This document shows positions 59,550 to 64,000 of a stretch of 64,000 bases of DNA, one piece after another. The stretch is from NCBI GenBank assembly GCA_963702435.1, contig CAVPCR010000001.1:992001-1056000 (forward strand), given 5' to 3'. Source of the DNA: Candidatus Eiseniibacteriota bacterium (GTDB lineage Bacteria > Eisenbacteria > RBG-16-71-46 > CAVPCR01). The translations under genes were made by a program, and so were the position numbers. Every line of letters starts with the position of its first letter. The first letter of the stretch is position 1. The notes beneath the pieces are model-generated. The model did no database searches. It saw nothing but the letters and a program-made list of their open reading frames with translations, and had not been told where the DNA came from.

Positions 59550-59802
59550 CTAGCGCCCTGTCCCCATGGTCACGGCCGTGCGCAGCTCGCGTCCCCGCAT
59601 CTGCGCGGCGTTGATCTCGAAGGGCTCGATCGCCGCCGGCGCGCCGGCGGCGGTCCTGGCGCCGGCGGCAGGCTGGCCCGCAGGCGACTCGGCTGCGGCG
59701 CCGGAGGACACGGCCTGGCCGGCGGGTTTCTCGGCCTGCTCGCCGGCCTGGTGGGCGCACGCGAGCAAGACGAGCAGGACGACGAGCAGCTTCCTGCGAC
59801 AT
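59550..59802 (-). pseudogene. Short lipoprotein-like ORF with a frameshift right after the start codon
   Basis: The RBS and ATG at 59802 are out of frame with RRKLLVVLLVLLAC-AHQAGEQ. Restoring one GC dinucleotide gives MSRRKLL...LLAC. Confidence 0.45.
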
Positions 59803-59895
59803 GGTTTCCCCCTTCCCTTCTCTGGTGAGCGGCGGGCGGGAGGTTACATGAGGACCGCGCTGAATGCACGCGCGACGAAGTGGTAGACTCCCCGC

Positions 59896-61194
59896 GTGCA
59901 AGGCCTCACCGATCCGCTCCTCGCCCTCCGGCACCGGAACTTCCGTCTGCTCTGGTCGTCCCAGTTCGTCTCCTTCTCCGGCTCGATGATGCAGACGGCC
60001 GCCATCCTGTGGCACGTCTCGCTGCTCGTCCCGCCGGAGAAGAAGGGGATCGCGCTCGGCATGGTGGGGCTCGTCCGCGTGCTCCCGATCATCGCCTTCT
60101 CGCTCATCGGCGGCGTGGTCGCCGACGCGCATGACCGGCGCCGCCTCATGCTGGTGACCCAGAGCGCCATGGCGCTGGCCGCGGCGGTCCTCGCCGCGAT
60201 CACCTTCAGCGGGCAGGCGAGCGTGTGGCTCATCTATCTCTTCGCCGCCATCGGTTCGGCGGCCGGTTCCTTCGACGGCCCGGCCCGCCAGTCGCTGACC
60301 CCGAACCTGGTGCCGCGGGAGCATCTCCCGAACGCGCTCAGCCTCAATGCGATCATGTTCCAGGTGGCTGCGGTCCTCGGTCCTTCCCTGGCCGGCATCG
60401 TCATCGCGACCCTCGGCATCGGCTGGGTCTACGCGCTGAACGCGGTCTCGTTCCTCGCCGTGATCGCGGCTCTCCTCCGCATGCGCGACCTTCCGGTGCG
60501 AACGGCCGGCGAACGCGGGGAGCTGAGCCTCGGCGCGGCGCTCGAAGGCCTCCGCTTCGTCTTCGCGGCGCCTCTCATCCGCTCCACGATGCTCCTCGAC
60601 TTCTTCGCCACCTTCTTCGCCTCGGCCACCGCTCTCCTCCCGATCTACGCCCAGGACATCCTCAACGTCGGACCGCAGGGCTACGGCTGGCTCTACGCCG
60701 CGCCCTCGATCGGCGCGGTCGCGACCGGAGCGATCATGGTGCGTCTCGTCGATCGGATCGACCGGCGCGGGCCCGTGCTCCTGTGGTCGGTGGTCGGCTT
60801 CGGCCTCGCCACCATCGCCTTCGGCCTCTCGCGCTCCTTTCTCCTCACCTTCTTCTGCCTCGCGCTCACCGGCGCCACCGACACGGTGAGCATGGTGCTC
60901 CGGAACATCATCCGCCAGCTCGCGACACCCGACCGCCTGCGCGGCCGGATGACGAGCGTCAACATGATCTTCTTCATGGGCGGCCCGCAGCTCGGCGAGC
61001 TCGAGGCGGGTCTCGTCGCACAGGGGTTCGGCGCGCCGTTCTCGGTGGTGAGCGGCGGCATCGGCTGCCTCCTCGCCACCGGCTGGATCGCGTGGAAAAC
61101 CCCGGCTATCCGCCATTATCGGCGAGAGGAGCTGACCGCCGAGCCTGGACCGAAGACAGAGGCGCCGGCAACCGTGGAGGCGGGCGCAGGATGA
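59896..61194 (+). CDS. MFS transporter (MFS_3/DUF894, EntS-like)
   Basis: About 12 TM helices. Motifs ALRHRNFRLLW, GGVVADAHDRRR and TPDRLRGR. Extended -10 (TGgTAGACT) lies 6 nt before the GTG. Confidence 0.92.
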   Translation: MQGLTDPLLALRHRNFRLLWSSQFVSFSGSMMQTAAILWHVSLLVPPEKKGIALGMVGLVRVLPIIAFSLIGGVVADAHDRRRLMLVTQSAMALAAAVLAAITFSGQASVWLIYLFAAIGSAAGSFDGPARQSLTPNLVPREHLPNALSLNAIMFQVAAVLGPSLAGIVIATLGIGWVYALNAVSFLAVIAALLRMRDLPVRTAGERGELSLGAALEGLRFVFAAPLIRSTMLLDFFATFFASATALLPIYAQDILNVGPQGYGWLYAAPSIGAVATGAIMVRLVDRIDRRGPVLLWSVVGFGLATIAFGLSRSFLLTFFCLALTGATDTVSMVLRNIIRQLATPDRLRGRMTSVNMIFFMGGPQLGELEAGLVAQGFGAPFSVVSGGIGCLLATGWIAWKTPAIRHYRREELTAEPGPKTEAPATVEAGAG

Positions 61195-63187
61195 GACGAG
61201 CGCGGCGGATCCAGCCGGAAGAACCGCCGCACCGGACCGCGCGGGCGCGTCCGGGCCTGCCGTTCACGCGCGCCGATACGATCGCGATCCTCGTGCTGGT
61301 CGCCCTCGGCGCCGCCGCCTTCTGGCCGGTCCTCGGCTATCCGTTCCTCAACTGGGACGACCACGCCTATGTGAGCGAGAACCCGTGGATCCGCTCGCTC
61401 GCGCCCGCCGCGGTGGCGAGGATCTTCTCGCCGGCGGCGATCGTCGTCGCCAACTGGGCGCCGGTGACCCTCCTCTCCTACGCGCTCGATCACGCGATCG
61501 GCGGACTGGATCCGCGCGTCTACCACCGCACCAACCTTCTCCTGCACCTCACGAGCGGCGTCCTCGTCTACTTCCTCTGCCGCGGCGTCCTCGGCCGGCG
61601 GAGCGCGGCCTGGGCCGGCGCGCTCCTCTTTCTCGTGCATCCGATCCAGGTCGAATCGGTAGCCTGGGTGGCCGAGCGGAAGAACGTGCTCTCGCTGGCG
61701 CTGGCCCTTGGCGCATTCCTGATCGCGCGCGGTGCGGGCAGCGTTCGCACGGCGACGGGCGCGGGCGGCGTTCGCGGGGCGACCGGCGCGGGCGGCGTTC
61801 GCGGTGCTCCGGCGACGCGCCGCCATGCCGCGGCCCTCGTCCTGTTCGCCGCCGCGCTCCTCGCCAAGGCGACGGTCGTCGTCCTGCCGCTCCTCCTCGT
61901 CGCCGCCTGGATGCTCCTCGACGGCGAGACCCTCGGGCGCGCGCTCCGGCGCGCCGGGCCGTACTTCGCGCTCGCGCTCGCCGCGGGCCTCATCACGCTC
62001 GCCGCGCAGCACGGCGCCGGCGGTATCAAGACGCTCTACGGCGGAAGCTTCGCGCTCAACCTGGCCACGCAGGCTCGCGTCTTCTGGCTCGGCCTCGGCC
62101 TCTTCCTCGACCCGCGCCACCTCTCGGCGATCTACGACCCGCCGGTCGCGCGCTCGCTCCTCGCGCCGACCGTGCTCCTCGCCGTGCTGGCCTCGCCGCG
62201 CTCATCGTGCTCCTCGTTCGCGCGCGCCGCCGGGCACCGCGCGCCGCGTTCTTTGCCGCCTGGTACCTGATCGGCCTCCTCCCGGTCGCGAACCTGGTGC
62301 CGCTCCCGCATCTCCTCGCCGACCGTTTCCTCTACGTGAGCTCGATCGGCGTGATGGGGCTCGCCGCGCTCGCCCTCCTGGCGCTCGCCCGGCGCTTCGC
62401 GCGGGCGGAACGGGCGCCGATCGCCCTCGCCACCGCCGGCGCGCTCCTCGGCGCCGGTCTCATCGCCGCGACGCGGGCGCAGCTTCCGGTGTGGAGCGAC
62501 TCGGAGCGGCTGTGGCGCGACACGCTGGGCCACGCGCCGGATGCCGCCGTCGCCCATGGCAACCTGGGCGAGGTGCTGGCGAGCCGCGGCGCCGATGCGG
62601 AGGCGCTCGCGCACTACCGGCGGGCGCTCGAGCTCCGGCCGGACTACCAGGAAGCGCGGGTCAACATGGCGAACGCGCTCGCGCGGCTCGGGCGGACGGC
62701 GGAGGCCGAATCGCTCTACGCAACCGCACTCGGCGGGGTCCGATCGGATGCGGAGACCCACGTGAACCTCGGCATCGTCAAGCGGCAGGCGGGGGATCGC
62801 GCCGGAGCGCGCACCGCGTTCGAGGCGGCGCTGGCCGCCGACGCGCGCTCGGCGCGCGCGCTGAACCAGCTGGCGGTGCTCGCCGCCGAGGATGGCGATC
62901 AGGAAGGAGCGCTCGCCTACTTCGACCGCGCGATCGCCGTCGATCCGGACAACGCCGAGGCGTACTCGAACCGCGCGCTCATCCTCGGCCGCCTCGGGCG
63001 GCCCGCCGAGGCGCGGGCCTCGGTCGAGCGGGCGATCGCGCTCCGGCCGGACTACGCCCAGGCCCACTTCAACCTGGGCATCGCGCTCCTCGCCGCCGGG
63101 GATGTGGAAGGAGCACGGCGGGCGTTCGCCCGCGCAGTCTCCCTCGATCCGGCCCTCGCCGAGCGCGTGCCGCCGCCCGCGCGCTGA
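61191..63187 (+). CDS. TMTC-like GT-C membrane glycosyltransferase with C-terminal TPRs (frameshift at about 62190)
   Basis: First frame has FLNWDD..YV.EN, YH.TNLLLH and HPIQVESVAWVAERK. Second frame has ADRFLY, W.DSERLW and TPR repeats. One G at 62189-62190 would join them. Confidence 0.82.
61731..61811 (+). repeat. 27-bp in-frame tandem repeat, three copies (GAGGVRGAT)
   Basis: Units start at 61731, 61758 and 61785. Confidence 0.8.
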
Positions 63188-63223
63188 CGGCGCACCGCCG
63201 GCAGCCGGGCCGCCAGCGTCCGC

Positions 63224-64000
63224 TCACTTCATGAGCAACATCTTGCGCACATCCGTGAAAGTTTCCGCGGCGAGGCGGTAGAAGTACACACCGGAGGGAG
63301 CGCCGAACCCGCGCCCGTCGCGCCCGTCCCAGGCGATCGCATGATCCCCCGGCTCCGCGCGCCCGTCGAGGAGCCGCCGCACGAGATGCCCGCCCACGTC
63401 GTACACCTCGAGCGTCACCTGGCGCGGCTCCTTGAGCTGGAAGGTGATGACGGTCGCCGGGTTGAAGGGGTTCGGCGTGTTCTGACGGAGGAGGACCGGG
63501 GCCAGCTCGGGGGCTCCCTGCCCGATCCCTTGCGTCGCCATCACCCGCACGTCGTCGATCGCCGCCTCGATGAGGCTCGGGCTCACGGTCTCGGCGACGA
63601 CGAAGCGGATGCGAAGAGAGCCGCCGAGCGTGACGAGGCTCCCGAGGTCCACGCTCAGGGCCTGCCACCCCGGCGCCGGCACGCGCAGCGATTCGACGAC
63701 GCGCCACGTCGCGCCGTCGTCGGTCGAACCCTCGACCAGGAACGGATCCTGCATGCGGCTGCCGGCGAGGTCGTTCACGTACCAGAGCATGAAATCGAGG
63801 CGCGCCGCAGTGGCGGCGCCGAGCTCGATCGCCGGCGAGGTGAGGGTCGTCCGCCCGTCCACCTCGTGCTCGGCGGACGGCGCACCGGGGGCGCCGAGCT
63901 CGGTCAGGAAGCAGAAGCCGGGACCGTTCGCGGTGGTGTCGGCGTTCGGCTGCGCGAGACGGCCGGCGATGAGGATCGAGTCGGGCACCGCGGCGTGCGG
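63224..64000 (-). CDS. C-terminal part of a secreted protein with FlgD-Ig-like C-terminal domain (starts beyond the window)
   Basis: Jelly-roll-like region (TLTSP..., LRIRF, EAAIDDV), followed by LRQNTPNPFNPAT...WDGRD..G...PSGVYFYRL...RKMLLMK. Confidence 0.85.
   Translation of the reverse strand, partial: PHAAVPDSILIAGRLAQPNADTTANGPGFCFLTELGAPGAPSAEHEVDGRTTLTSPAIELGAATAARLDFMLWYVNDLAGSRMQDPFLVEGSTDDGATWRVVESLRVPAPGWQALSVDLGSLVTLGGSLRIRFVVAETVSPSLIEAAIDDVRVMATQGIGQGAPELAPVLLRQNTPNPFNPATVITFQLKEPRQVTLEVYDVGGHLVRRLLDGRAEPGDHAIAWDGRDGRGFGAPSGVYFYRLAAETFTDVRKMLLMK

Overview
This window comes from a high-GC bacterium. Seven FlgD-Ig-like C-terminal domains and two C-terminal 'TWGxxK' motifs suggest an FCB-related lineage such as Ca. 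Eisenbacteria, Latescibacterota or Krumholzibacteriota; this is an inference. I found about 45 genes and no rRNA, tRNA, CRISPR array or intact mobile element. The main result is an eight-gene operon at 6.7-17.0 kb, preceded by sigma-54-like and IHF-like sites and ending in an intrinsic terminator. It encodes an NHL beta-propeller, a hexaheme cytochrome whose motif order matches the Geobacter nanowire subunit OmcS, a second hexaheme cytochrome, an outer-membrane beta-barrel, two lipoproteins, a DUF2155-like protein and a cytochrome with about 42 hemes. Together these suggest a cytochrome-nanowire or extracellular electron transfer system outside Geobacteraceae. Other notable items are an unannotated 20-aa hydrophobic peptide gene with a sequestered RBS and its own terminator, a Tat-signal TldD with TldE, a DUF6754 three-gene membrane system, a probably inactive gingipain-like giant protein, a circularly permuted FAD oxidoreductase-polyferredoxin fusion, and an accessory gene array at 49.8-57.8 kb. 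Several small frameshifts in G/C runs look like assembly errors. All family calls come from manual motif recognition, not database searches.
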